This document shows positions 1 to 12,796 of a DNA stretch of 64,000 nucleotides, one piece after another; the stretch's first letter is position 1; every line of letters starts with the position of its first letter. Made by a program: the position numbers and the translations under genes. The stretch comes from Podospora anserina (lineage: Eukaryota), in contig CM030332.1 in the NCBI GenBank assembly GCA_017654855.1, forward strand, positions 7,130,001-7,194,000. Reading direction: 5' to 3'. Below the pieces are notes generated by a model that saw nothing but the letters and a program-made list of their open reading frames with translations, had not been told where the DNA came from and ran no database searches.

Positions 1-90
1 CTTCTTCTCTCGATTCCGTCTGTTCCGCAGGGTTGTTGTGGAGATCTGAAGTCGAGAAAAGACTTCTCGCTGAGATAAATAAGCAGTCAT
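1..90 (-). CDS. Possible 5' end of a gene running off the left edge (MTAYLSQREVFSRLQISTTTLRNRRNREKK...)
   Basis: ATG at 90-88 followed by 30 open codons to the window edge; no recognisable motif. Confidence 0.25.
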   Translation of the reverse strand, partial: MTAYLSQREVFSRLQISTTTLRNRRNREKK

Positions 91-166
91 ATAGACGGGA
101 CGGTGCGGGGCTTGTTGAGCACGTTGGGTAGAGGGGATGGAATACAGATAACAAATACTTTGGATA

Positions 167-211
167 GACTGATGGGTGGTGGATTGATGGGTGGTAGACT
201 GATGGGTGATG
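167..211. repeat. 15-bp imperfect tandem repeat x3 (GAYTGATGGGTGRTR)
   Basis: gactgatgggtggtg / gattgatgggtggta / gactgatgggtgatg. Confidence 0.85.
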
Positions 212-598
212 GAACTGATCAGTAGACCATAGGATGCCCTAAACAGACTAAACAACGGACAGCCAGATTGAGGAGGCAGCATGCTGACAGATAGACTGAT
301 TGCTCTACACCAACTGCACTCGAGGCAACTTAACTTCAAGAGACACCATGAACCAGACGGTGGGTGACCGGGCTTTCAATGGCCCAAGCACTTCACCATC
401 AATACACCAAGCCATCCCTCTTAAGGTAGGTAAGATCTCATAATATCCAATTCAGATTTGCATCTCCTATAAAACCAAAAAAAATAAAAAAAAAATTTCA
501 AACGCAACGCCTCAAATGCACAAAGTTTACAGTCTTGCTTCTCTTCGCTCACCACCACATCATCATTAACTTCTCCCCCCATCACCCCCCTTCTCCAC

Positions 599-2348
599 TT
601 ACAACTTAGCAGCCGCTCTCGCCGGACCAGCAGAGGTGATCTCATTGTACAGCAGGCTCGTCAAGAAATCAGCATAGTCCTCACCGGTGACCTGACCGGA
701 AAAGTACTGGGCCGCAAGACCATACTTGTTGCCCTGAGGAGCCTTGCTGGCGAGCTCCTGGGTCTGCTCCTTGAGGAGCTTGAGGGCGTACTGCTTGTCG
801 ACCTTCTTGCCCTCGGCGGTGGTGACGCCGTGGCGCACCCACTGCCAGAGCTGGGAACGGGAAACCTCGGCTGTGGCGGCGTCCTCCCTGTTTTCATCGT
901 CAGCATCGTGTCTCTTCGTCATGGTATGCAGCGGAGAAATACTCACATCAAGTAGTTAATAGGAACACACCCAACACCCCTAATCCAAGCCTCCATGTAG
1001 CCCAGGCCAATGTTCAGGTTCTTCCTGATACCCGCCTCGGTAATCTGACCAGGCACGTTCATGTTCAACAAGTCATTCTGACCAATCGTGACATCCTCCC
1101 GTCTGACAAACAGCTGGTTGGGAGTGGGCATGTGCTTGTTGAAGATGTCCACCGCGATGCCCGCCAGCGCAGGGTGAGCAACCCAGGTGCCGTCGTGGCC
1201 GGCCTTGACCTCGCGGAGCTTGTCCGCTCTGACACCCTCCATAGCCACCTCGTTGGCCTTGGGGTCGTCCTTGATGGGAATCTGGGCAGCCATGCCACCC
1301 ATGGCGTGGACACCGCGCTTGTGGCAAGTCTGGATGAGGAGCTTGACGTAGGCGTCCATGAAGGGAACGGTCATGGTGACGGCCGACCGATCGGGAAGGA
1401 CAAAGTTGGAGTTTTGACGGAACTTCTTGATCACGGAGAAGATGTAATCCCACCTGCCGCAGTTCAAGCCGGAAGAGTGGTCGCGGAGCTCGTAGATGAT
1501 CTCGTCCATCTCAAAGGCGGCGAGGATGGTCTCGATGAGGACGGTGCCGCGGATGGTGCCTCTGGGCATGCCGATGTAGTCCTGAGCAAGGTTGAAGACA
1601 TCGTTCCAGAGACGGGCCTCAAGGTGAGACTCCATCTTGGGAAGGTAGAAGTAAGGGCCGAAGCCCATCTTGACGGTCTGGAAGGCATTGTGGAAGAAGT
1701 ACAGACCGAAGTCGAAGAGAGAGCCAGACATGGGCTCGCCGTCGACGGTAACGTGCTTCTCCTCCAGATGCCAGCCACGGGGGCGGACAATCAAGGTGGG
1801 GAGCTTCTTATCAGTGCGGAGCTTGTACTCCTTGTTGCCGATCTTGAAGTCGACCTGGCGGCGGTTGGCGTCGTAGAGGTTGACCTGGCCGTTGATCATG
1901 TTGTCCCATGTGGGAGCGCTGGAGTCTGTGAATCACATGTCAGAACCACCGCCCCTCCCTCGATCTCATCTCATTCCCAAAACTCACCCTCAAAATCAGC
2001 CATGTAAGTCCACACATCAGCGTTCAACGCGTTCACCACCATCTTGCGGTCAGTAGGGCCCGTGATCTCCACACGGCGGTCCACAAGCCCGGGAGCGGGC
2101 GGCGCGCCCTTCCATGTTGGGTTCTCGCGAATGTGTCTGGTCTCGGGAAGGAAGTCAGGCAGAGCGCCCTTGTCGAGCTCGGCCTGGCGGATCTTGCGGC
2201 GCTCAAGGAGAGCCTTGCGAGTAGAGTTGAATGACCGCTGGAGAAGGGCCAAGAAAGCAAGAGCTTCCGGTGTGAGGATCTTCTTTTGTGACTCCGAAAC
2301 GGGGCCGAGGACGTTGACGCCCTGAAGGATGGACTCGGTGCTAGGCAT
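599..2348 (-). CDS. MLS1: Malate synthase, glyoxysomal/peroxisomal (542 aa; exons 2348-1988, 1925-947, 887-599)
   Basis: Motifs [66 protein letters not shown] introns 1926-1987 and 888-946 restore the frame; C-terminal AKL is a PTS1 signal. Confidence 0.97.
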
Positions 2349-2432
2349 TGTGATGTTGTGTGCGTGGGGTGATGTGGGTGGGTGTGGTGTTTGCAAAGCT
2401 CCGTTATCCTAAAAAAGGGAGGCGAAGCTGTT

Positions 2433-2434
2433 TA

Positions 2435-2474
<40 letters not shown>
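2433..2474. repeat. (TA)n microsatellite just upstream of malate synthase
   Basis: Run of about 20 TA units with a few TG interruptions, starting about 85 nt upstream of the ATG. Confidence 0.95.
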
Positions 2475-2475
<1 letters not shown>

Positions 2476-2559
2476 TCTAGAACAGAACCAAAAACGTTAG
2501 GACCTCGTGACGAAAGAGCAAGCTGAGTCAATCAACAATCGCTAACGGTTGTGAAAATG

Positions 2560-2565
2560 CCGAGG
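2560..2565. promoter_or_regulatory. Candidate FarA/FarB (CTF1-type) site CCGAGG/CCTCGG upstream of malate synthase
   Basis: Exact CCGAGG about 210 nt upstream of the ATG, second copy at 3795-3800; motif known from fatty-acid and peroxisomal gene promoters in Aspergillus; a hexamer can occur by chance. Confidence 0.45.
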
Positions 2566-4531
2566 TGAGCCGCGGGTCAAATACTTAGTCGTAAAACAGC
2601 TGCCAATTGGTAGTGGGGGGTGGGCAGGGTGTGGTTCACCCAAATTGTGGAGGAAGAGCTGTATGGGGAAATGGAACAAAGAAAAAAGGCGGGGAGTGTT
2701 GAGTTTCAATTGACGTATGAGTGCCGGGGACGCGGATGTGTGTATCAGAGAAAGTGGGAAAAAAAGAACAGGACCAGAAAGGGAGAGATCTCGAGCTTTG
2801 GTCATAACGAAGCTCTCGCTCGAATCCAAAACGCATGCCCCGTGACCGACAGACAACGACCTCAGACGAGCTGATTGAGTCAAGAGAAGGAACCAACCTG
2901 ACTCACCGATAATAAAACCAATTGTCGTGTCTCCCCTCAGTATAGAGAGGTTATCAGAGCAAGATGCGCGATGTTTGTTCAAGAAACCAGAGAAAAAAGC
3001 TCCCGCATGCGGCGAAAGCAAACGCTTGGAATTCTGATGATGTGCTGTCAAAACGATGACGTCCCTCCCAAAACATCCAAAACCCGACATGAACCCAGAC
3101 CTATATCTATCTAACCCATCTTCCCCCAAGACAATCTCTGCCTCCTTCTGCTTCCTCAACCACTCGGCAATCCGGTTCAAGGGACTCCATCATCGCCTCG
3201 CCCAGACAATCCATAACATGTGGTTGGTCTCTTCATGGCATTCAATTCCCATGCTCGCTCGGCCGTCCGGGTGCTCCCACCGCTGCCATTGGTCAAATCC
3301 GCTACCCCACAATCAGGGGAAAACTGGACAAGCTCACAACGGGTGCAGCCTCTCACATGTGACATGTGCCGCGCCCCTACCAGCGTAATGACTTGCGCTC
3401 CGATGACCTCACCTACTCGTTCCCCGCCATCAAACAAAAACACCCTTTCAAACCCTCCATCGCCATCCAATTCAATTCTTTTTTATGTGGTTCCTAAACC
3501 TCCTTCTGTAAACCCCCAAAGTCTCCATCTCTCCTTCTTATTCCCATCGACTGAATCACCGCTCCCTCCAGCGATATCGGCGATTACCCCCCAACCAGAT
3601 TACTCGATCCCATCGAGATAAAGAAACTCCTCTTCCAACCCTTTCCTTCCATACATCATAAGCCAAGCCAGTCACCCCCAGCTCCCGTAAGCCAAGAAAA
3701 GTTAGGGGTTGGCAAAACCAAAAAACAAAAGCTCTTCCCACTTCCCTTGCCTTTCTCCACCACCGCCGTGAACCTCCGATCTGCCGGCCCAGAGCCGAGG
3801 TCATCGCCCCCCAATACCATGTCCTCATCGGCGTCATGCATCCGCCTCTGCCTGCGTTTGTCTGGTTGTGCTATGACACCTCGCCTGTCTGCCCTTGCCC
3901 GTTTACTACCGGCCGCCCCGTCCGCCCGATACTTTCCGATATCTCTTACACTTACTTACCAGGGGTTTGTGTCGACGGTGATGCTGCATGTCGCAATACG
4001 AAGGGGGAAAAAAGGGCTTCCGACCCGTGATTCCAATTGGCATATCATTACGTTGGCCAGACCAGACCACATGGGACATCATACATACCCATCACCATAG
4101 CCGTGGCTCGGCTTCCTTCTAGCTCTTATCTCAGTGACACATCATGAAACAACCTTCTCTCCTCTCCCCGCAAAAATGAGTATATATAGCAGTGGTGGTA
4201 TCAATTTAATTTTCTTCATGGCTAATTTTCTAATCATAACACATCTTCGTAGAGGTAAAAGGGTAAGGGGTATGTAACGGTAAGGTGAAGTCATCGACGA
4301 CAAGGGGTATATTGTTACACGGAGGTGTGTTTCACGCAAAAGTGATGGGTGGTGGGTGATGCGGTCAGGCATATCGCTGCCTTTGGGTTTTAATCCCAAG
4401 TCTCACATATCAAAACCTTTACCCAATCAAGGGGAGGCTTGATCGAGACGACTACACGATACGCTCGCCGACATCACACAACCCCTCTACGCTCTCTCTG
4501 GGTTTCCAGCATTCTTCTGGTGGCTGGCAGT

Positions 4532-5000
4532 TTAACCCTTGTAGGGGGAAGGGCCAACCATGAGCTCGGGTCTGACGAGGGTGTCAAACTCCTCCTCGGT
4601 GAGGGCGTTGAGCTCCATGGCGGACTCCTTGAGGGTCAGGCCCTTCTTGTGGGCGTTCTTGGCGACCTTGCTCGCCATGTCGTAGCCAATCTTGGGGTTC
4701 AGGCAGGTAACCAACATGAGGCTAACAAAGTGTCAAGTCAGTATGCAATATCTCACGAGTCAGCTTGAGTTCAGGAAGACTTACGACTCCTTCATGATGC
4801 TGGCAATCTTCTTCTCGTTGGCAGAGAGGCCGACAACAAGGTTCTTCTCAAAGCTCTTCATGCCGTCGGCCAGGATGCGGATGCTGTGAAGGAGGTTGCG
4901 GATAATCAGGGGCTTGTACACGTTGAGCTCGAACTGGCCGTTCATGCCGCCGATGGTGCAAGCAACCTGGTTACCCATAACCTGAGCGCAGACCATGGTG

Positions 5001-5041
<41 letters not shown>

Positions 5042-6298
5042 GGACGAACCGGGCTCGTTCTCAGGGAGGTTGAGCTCGCCGAGACCGCAACGGGGACCGC
5101 TGCCGAGGTAGCGGATGTCCTGAGCAATCTTGCTGAGCGAGGCAGCGAGGGTGTTGAGGCTGCCGTGGGCCTGCACGATGGCGTCGTGGGCAGCGAGCGC
5201 CTCGAACTTGTTGGGGGCAGTCTTGAACTCGGTGCCGGTCATCTTGGAAACCTCCTCGGCGATGGCCTCGGCGAAGCCCTCGAAGGTGTTGATGCCGGTG
5301 CCGACGGCGGTGCCGCCCTGGGCGAGGAGGCGGAGGTCGGGGAGGGAAGACTCGACGCGCTTGATGCCGAAGTCGAGCTGGGCAACATAGCCGCTGAACT
5401 CCTGAGCGAGGGTCAGGGGAGTGGCATCCTGGAGATGGGTGCGGCCAATCTTGATGATCTTCTTGGCCTCGAACTCCTCAACCTTGGCCTGGAGCGCATC
5501 GCGAAGGCTCTTGAGCGCAGGGAGGAGGGTGTTCTCAAACTCGAGCACAGCAGCAATGTGCATGACGGTGGGGAAGGTGTCGTTGGACGAAGCCGAGCGG
5601 TTGACGTGGTCGTTGGGGTGCACAGGCTTCTTGGAGCCCATCTTGCCGCCCAGAATCTCGATGGCTCTGTTGCTGATGACCTCGTTGGCGTTCATGTTGG
5701 ACTGAGTGCCGGAGCCGGTCTGCCAGACGACGAGGGGGAAGTGGTCGAGGAGCTTGAGGTCAGCAACCTCCTTCGCGGCCTGCTGAATGGCCTTGCCGAT
5801 CTCAGCATCTACATATTGCCCGTCTGGTCAGCCCCTCGTTCTTCTTCGGACCACATATACCAGAGCGCATTGCAAGAGCGCAAAAAGAGGGTACATACCA
5901 AGGCCATAGCGCATGTTCACCGTCGCCGCAGCACCCTTGAGGATACCGAACGCCTTGACGATGGGTGGGGGCATGCGGTCCTGGGGCTGGTTGATCTTGA
6001 AGTTCTCGAGGGAACGCTCAGTCTGAGCGCCCCAGTACTTGTCGGCCGGGACCTGGATCTCGCCAAAGGCATCGCTCTCGGTTCTGGTGTTGGCCGACAT
6101 TCTCGCGGCACTACTGTGGAAGGTTCTCTGGTGGCGGATGGCGGGGTTGGCGGTTTGGCTGTTGGAAAGTGACAAAATGGGAGCGTTGCACGCACCGGCC
6201 GCCGCCTTGAGACATGTGCTCAGCGACCGGCTGGCTGTCCTCGGCACCCCAAGGCTGGCGCGGCCTGCGGGCCCGGCAATGCGAACCGATCGAAGCAT
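4532..6298 (-). CDS. FUM1: Fumarate hydratase class II (537 aa; exons 6298-5899, 5808-4785, 4721-4532) with N-terminal mitochondrial presequence
   Basis: Signature [15 protein letters not shown], plus [36 protein letters not shown]; introns 5809-5898 and 4722-4784; Arg/Ser/Ala-rich acid-free N-terminus. Confidence 0.97.
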
Positions 6299-7403
6299 GC
6301 TGGGGAAAAAAAAAGTCGCCTGACAAACAAACCGTAGCCCTGTATCTAGCGCCGAGCGGCGGTTAGCAAGTCGTGCTGCGGGAGGGGGAGGTGCGGGGTG
6401 CCGATCAGCTACGTACTTTGTTAAATGAGATAACTCCGGCGCCCAAAAAAGAGAAAAGATACCAGAGGGAGAGTGAGTTGCTGCGAGAATGAGGGTATTA
6501 GATGACAGGAGAGCGATGCGCCAAAAAAGTTGAAATGGAAAAACGCGCTCTCGCCTTTTTTTTCTACCCGCGACCACCTTTTCCCAACAACTTGGCTGAC
6601 CCAGCCTGTCAACCCATCCGTCCGCGCCGGTCCGGCAGATCCCGACATCAGAAACCTCAAGATAATTGGGCAATTCCCAAATGTCCCACCCCCGGAAGGC
6701 CAACCGGCAATTAACGAATTGCAGAATCGAACAGAACATCGCCGATTCGCCCGCCGCTGCCCCCGGCAACCCTGCATCGCTAACAAAACAAACCCCTGAA
6801 TTCATTCTCAAGAGCAAAAAAGGGGGCTTTTTGGTACAGACTAATGGTAACACATTATTTGATTACATTCATCCTGCCTGGCCTGCTACCTAACAACCCC
6901 AGAATTTTATGCACGAAAGGTATAGAAAACCTTGAACAAAACTCGAACCTCCAAGCGCGGGTATCTAGCAAAGCATCTAGCCCCATCTGTCGCTGAATGG
7001 GGAAACCAAAACACACCCTTTCCCTGTTTCCCTCCATCATGCTCCTGCGCTACAATGCCAACAAAACAAGAATAATCCCCCCAGCCAAGGCCCCCGTCTT
7101 ATCCATCTGACCCGATCATCTCCAATGCTTCCTTCTTTTCTCCAAGCTATTTCCCAAACTCAAGTATACCTGCCGTCAGCACCTTTCACTCCAATAGTAA
7201 TATTACCAGACCCTGGTGGCCAAACTCCGCCATATATAGACGAAGAAACAACCTAGGTCCGAAGACCAAGTGCCAGATGCAGACAGTGGAAAGAAAACCT
7301 CCTAAATTCCCTTCCATTGTGGCCAATAGCAGGTGTGAGAGAATGCCGAAGAAAACAAAAAAAAAAAGGTGCAAAGAGGATATTCGTCCGGCCATCGTCG
7401 ATA

Positions 7404-10400
7404 TTAGGAGTTGAGCGTCTTGATCATCATACTGATCTTCCGCTTGTCGGTAACCATGAGAGCCCGGTTATCGAAAGCAGTGCTGATGGCCTCCACCACC
7501 TTGTGGAAGCTGCTGGCGGCGCCCTTCTCCTGTGTGAACCGAGCAATGCAGAGCTGGTTTCGCTTCCCGTGCTCAATGACGGTCATGAGCTCGATGGCAA
7601 AAGATACTTCCTTGAGGTTGAGATCTAATGACGGAGGGGTGATCAGCAAGCGGACCTCACAAGCAATGGGAAAGAAAACCTACAGTTCTTGGCAGCGACA
7701 CGGGCAAAGATGATGTTGCGCTCCTTGTCAACCTCGATATCCTTGATGCCATACTTGCGCCAGTCACGAAGCAAGATCGCCATCTCCTGACGCGCGCGCC
7801 GCTTGGGGATGGCAAAGCAAAGATATCGCATGGCCGGCTTGACCCTGAATAGCCGTGCCAGCCAGTTCTGCTGCACCTCAATCTTACGGCCACCCCCATC
7901 GCTCTCAGACCAGACACTTTGAGCGGCCATACTGTTGTGCTTCTCCTTAGATCTCTTCTGAGACCTGCCGTCTTCGTGGACGTGCACATCTTCAAACTCG
8001 GAATCTATCATGGCAAAGCAAAGTTAGCATGTCACAGCTGAAGACATAGCACAGCGTCTTCTTCTCACCTCCAATAGACATCTTCGGCCCATCCTTGTTG
8101 CTCTTCCAGAACGACAAACCAAACGCCTTCTTCTTCTGAGCGCGCGATGCCGCAGGCTCGTCGATGGAATACGAGACAGGCCTGCTGGGCCCGCTAGCCT
8201 CCGAACCGGCGTATTCCTCGCCGTGCCGGGGGAACGTCCCGGTGGTGGGGGTAACGGCGGGGCTGTTTCCATCCTTGGAGGCGCGTTTGAACCAAGATGA
8301 CACCCTGTTCTTGGGCTGCGCACCAACGCCATTCTCTGTATTGTCAACCGAGTGGGTCGGTTGATGACCCGAGTAGGATGCATGTCTTCGTGACTCCTGA
8401 ACAGTGGTAGGGCGTTCGTTCTTGGTTGGATGGAGAGATAGCTTGCGGACGTTGAGCGGCCGCGGAACCGCAGCCGGATCGCCACCTTCTACCACCGTTG
8501 GCGAGTTCACCACCCGAATGGTGTTCTCAGCCCGGGACAAATAATCCAGCCCTCTGTTCTTAACACGAGCTGGGGTTTCCGCAGGGACAACCTCCGGGCT
8601 GCTCTCATAAATAGATGGAAGCTGGTTGACTGTCTTCACTGAGCGGTTGTGAATCGGATCTGACACCACCCGACGATCAGGAAGATGAATGCTTGAGCCA
8701 GGGTCAAGGAGTGAGACTTTATGCGTTACAGGCGCAACCTCCAGACTCTGCTTGCGGATTGACAGAGGAGAGACGGTGGATTGGGACGGAACTGGAGGCA
8801 ATGGTCTGCTATACTCTCGCTGGTTACTCGCAAACGAGCGCGGACCAGCAAGCGATGACTGCGACATTTGCGCAAAAGACGAATCAGCCAAAGAAAAGCT
8901 CAAGTGGCTCCCTTCACGGCTCTGAAGTAACGTCTCGCTGGGCGCTGACACGAGGAGTGAGCTGCCGAAGGCTTCGTCAATGTCTCGGGCAATCGAGGTA
9001 TGAAACTGTTTGAGTTCCTCGCCCCAAAGCACCCTCTCCTCCTTCTTGTTGTTGTTGACGTCAGCCATAGACACAGTGGTCGTAGGCCTTGGGGTCTTGG
9101 TGGCTTTCCGTGGCGAGTAGGCATCACGGTCGTATGTCGTGTTGTCGCCCGCAATGCTAGCTGGGGCAGCCACAGAACCATGTCGGCTTCCCTGATACTT
9201 CTGACCTTTGCGGACTGCTGAGAAGTCAACCCCACGCCTGGAGAGCCTGCTGCTGACACGAACTCTCGGGGTGCTGTGGTGGCTATGAATTGAGCCCATG
9301 GAGCCCCGAGGGGTTCGCAGACGACCGGCTGTTGTCGCGGTCCGTTGTGAAGGGGTTCGAAGCTGGTGTCGCACCGAACCACCCTTGGACCTGTATGAAC
9401 GATACGAGTGCGAGACAGTGGTGGGAGAACGTCCGATGCCATCCTGAGAGCCATTGCGGTGAATTATAATCTTGGCGTGACTGGCGTGCGGGACAGAATG
9501 GAACACCCGGGACGCATTGTAAGGATCATAGCTGCGTATTGTGCCCGTTTCGTCCTTGTCTGCTTTCCCCGGCACATTCGAGATGACTGTGAACTTTGAC
9601 ACTGCTCGCTTCTGACCGTATCGCCCTGGCTGGGTAAACTCGCAAGTGGAGATGCGTTTGCCCCAGTTGGGAGGCTTGAGGTGATGATAATCGCTCTTCG
9701 AGATGGGTACGTTGTTGTTGTAGTTTTCCAACTGGACTTCACGGTGATTATAGAGCAGGTGATAGAACAGTTTCTGGTCGTTCGGTCTGCCGGAATGATT
9801 AGTTCTGTGTTGTCACCGCAAGAAAGGCAGGAGAACTTACTTTTCCTGGGCCAACTTGAGCTTGAGCTCAGCTTCGGGGTACGCGTGCCAGAGCGCCTTG
9901 AGCTGTCTCAGAATCTGAATGTCCACCTCCGCCTCAGGGATGGGCGAGACATTGCGTTTCTGCAAACCTGATTGCTGGCGCTGTTCCCACTCGAAGCATT
10001 GTGGAATATCGGGGTACTTGAGGATGAGCGGGTGTTGCCACATCTGGGCCATGGTGATACGATTCGCAGGCTGGGGCACCAGCATCCTCCGGATCAGATC
10101 CTGAGCTTCCCTGCTCAAATGCGGGGGCATGCGGTACTCGGCGCGTTTGGCCTTTTGAATCATGACACCAAGGTCGTCGTCATCAAACGGCAAATAGCCA
10201 GCAAGCATGACGAACAGGATGACGCCCATGCTCCAAATGTCGACCGCTGAGCCTTTGTAGGCCTGGTGTCGAAGCAACTCCGGAGCCGCATAGTGAGGAC
10301 TTCCACAGGCCGTTGTGAGCTGATGGTGTTGGCTTTGTTGCAAAGCCGCCATCCCAAAGTCCGCAATTTTGACCTGACCACTGCTGTGAAGCAGAATGTT

Positions 10401-11293
10401 CTCCGGCTTGAGATCTCGGTGGCAGATATTCAATGAATGGCAGTAATCCAGCGCACTCATGATCTGGCGGAAGTAAAAGACGACCTCCCATTCACGTAGA
10501 GCACCAACCGAGCGGATAAACTCGAACATGTCGCCTTTTTCAACAAATTCGGTGACCATGTAGCTAGTAAGGAGCATCGAGTTAGTCCACAATTCGAGCA
10601 CGCACGGGGTATGCTGACTTACATCTCCGACCTGTTCTCCCAAATGTCAAGCAGTTTGATAATGTTTGGATGCTCGATGAGCTTAAGGACGGCAATTTCG
10701 CGCTCGATAGCTATCGGCATTCGACGAAGACCGCCTTCCGCATCGGTTTGGGGAGTTCGATATTCGAGCCGGTCAAGATTCGCCAGACTACCCGACTGGT
10801 TGATGAAGGCGGTGCTTTTGGACAAAATCTTGATGGCCACCAATTGGCCAGTAACACGGTGACGTGCGAGACGAACACGCGCCGAAGTCCCCTTGCCTAA
10901 TGTCTTGCCCAGCTGCCAAGGTCCAATGTGTGTCTTGAGCTGTCTTGTGGTGGAAGCATTGGAAGAAACATTGGAAAATTGAGAGATGCGCCGGGCGGCT
11001 TCGAGGTCGACTTCCTGAGAAACAGCTGAAAGATGCTGATTGACTGGCGCAGGGTGTTCTACTGCAACTGGTCGATCTGATGTGCCTTTCGTCTGACGCT
11101 CGACTTGATGACTTGTACCGGCGACAACAGATGTTGACGAGCCTCTGACAACCTTCTTGGACCTCAATACGTAATTCTCATCATTGCCTTTGTGATGGGA
11201 ACGCGCCGTGCTGACGACTGTTGTATTGTTGACTCGCTTGGTCGTGTCAGCGAGCGGCTGACGGCCATGTCGCGAGTTGCTGTGCCTATCCAT
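7404..11293 (-). CDS. Nim1/Gin4/Hsl1/Cdr2-family Ser/Thr kinase (1217 aa; exons 11293-10623, 10563-9841, 9786-8069, 8004-7684, 7624-7404)
   Basis: IGPWQLGKTLGKGTSARV, IEREIAVLKLIEHPNI, HRDLKPEN, DFG, CGSPHYAAPE; NDQKLFY segment after the kinase domain; C-terminal KA1-like domain; four GT..AG introns give a continuous frame. Confidence 0.92.
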
Positions 11294-12640
11294 GATTGAC
11301 GGGATGGAGGGCGGATCAGTACATGGTCCGATGCAGAAAGGACTGTAAGAAGCAAATAGACGATCGGATGGTTGGAAAGTTGCAGTGATAGTGAAGGAGT
11401 CGGTTGGAAGATGTAACCTCGAGAATTAGAAGCTGTAAATGAATTAACGAGTGGTGTTGAGGTCCGACTGGCGATGGAAGGAAAGACACACAAAAATGAG
11501 TGTGTAAGAAGCTAAACGACTGTGGTGGTGGTGCGAAGGTCAGCACTGTCCGGCGACGATCTGGAGAGAGAAGGAGAGTGGGAGTTGGGTCGATGGGCGG
11601 AGTTTGATAGATGCAGCGAGTGGAATGGCGGGGAGTGAAAAGCGTGGGGCCTGAGGGAAGGGTAGGAGCGAGAGAAAGCTTGCATAGCAACCAGCTTTGT
11701 TGTGATCAAAACAAAACAACCCGCTGCAACAGAGTCGCTGCCAGGCTCGCGTGGGCCTGAAAAACCAGTGCTCCAATGGGGCTGGCCAGTAAGATGGAAA
11801 CGCGATATGCCATGGAACCATACAGTGCATTTTACGGCTTGCTCGTCGTCACCTGCTATGCAAGGGGAAGCTCGGTATCTCGAGTTGTCGAGCTGAAGGC
11901 ATTCGGAAATTAAGACCCTTGGGGTGTTTTCTGTCAGGATCCAACAGTACACGCTCTTGTGTGCTGGCATCAACTACCCATATGAGTAGTTTATCGATGA
12001 TAACACGCATGTACCCAGTATGAGAGAATCCTCTGTGTTTGTCTGTACCGGTATATCTCAGTGTTGGTGTGGAAGAGTGTGAGGAATGCAGCAGAAGCAT
12101 GGTGTTTTGTTTTTATGTGCGATGGAATTCCAGACAAAACTGGTTGTGCCAAGTATTCTGGCCCCAAAACACGATTCCGGAACCACTTCTTCATGCCGAT
12201 ACATCTAAAACTACTGATCTGATCCATGATACATAATATCTATCTACCCATGGTGAGAGCCTCTGGTCCCCGGCAAAGGGGCTCCTTCATTCTTTCGAGC
12301 CTACCCTTGTCATCATGAGATTCGAAATGATACACCCATATTTTTGTATTGTCCCGAACAGTTGGACTGTAACAGATCGAAATTTCATGGCCACCCGTAC
12401 TCGAAAATCCATCCACCTTGTCGTTCTCCTTCGTTGATAGCAGCTGTGATGTTGAACTTGGAACAGCGCGAATATAATATCTTACCTAAGCAACAGCAGT
12501 TGCATTTGCCGAGCTTGGACCACACTGACTGCCTCTTGTTGGCCAGACTTCAAGGTCGCCGTGCACGGACTTGGGTACGGATTGCAGTTCCACCTTTTGA
12601 GTTTACCAATTAACCCCAACCCCACCACGCGCTGCAGCAA

Positions 12641-12651
12641 ACGCGACGCGT
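12641..12651. promoter_or_regulatory. Tandem MCB-like element ACGCGACGCGT upstream of SMC5
   Basis: Two adjacent ACGCG cores about 150 nt before the SMC5 ATG, with another ACGCG at about 12627; typical of MBF-regulated G1/S and DNA-repair genes in ascomycetes. Confidence 0.6.
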
Positions 12652-12796
12652 TCTCAACCTCTTAAAGGTCACGCTGTAACGACGAAAGGCGTGCATATTC
12701 CTTGTGGATTTTGGTCTTTCAAAATACCCTCTTTCTCAGAAGAATCCTTGACGGAAAGCGAGTTACCCAGTCCATTTACACCTTGGCTTGGGCGAA

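Noticed and set aside
1132-2007. 291-aa + strand ORF (similarly 4886-6172, 19133-19918, 38898-39986, 40104-40952)
   Set aside because: Antisense shadows of strongly codon-biased genes (malate synthase, fumarase, RAD1, SEN1); no independent motifs
6299-6853. Long in-frame upstream extension of fumarase in the ORF track (likewise 22870-23415 for WASP and 28582-28752 for CHS5)
   Set aside because: Starts at non-ATG or poorly supported codons, runs through promoter/UTR-like sequence, and conserved homology begins downstream
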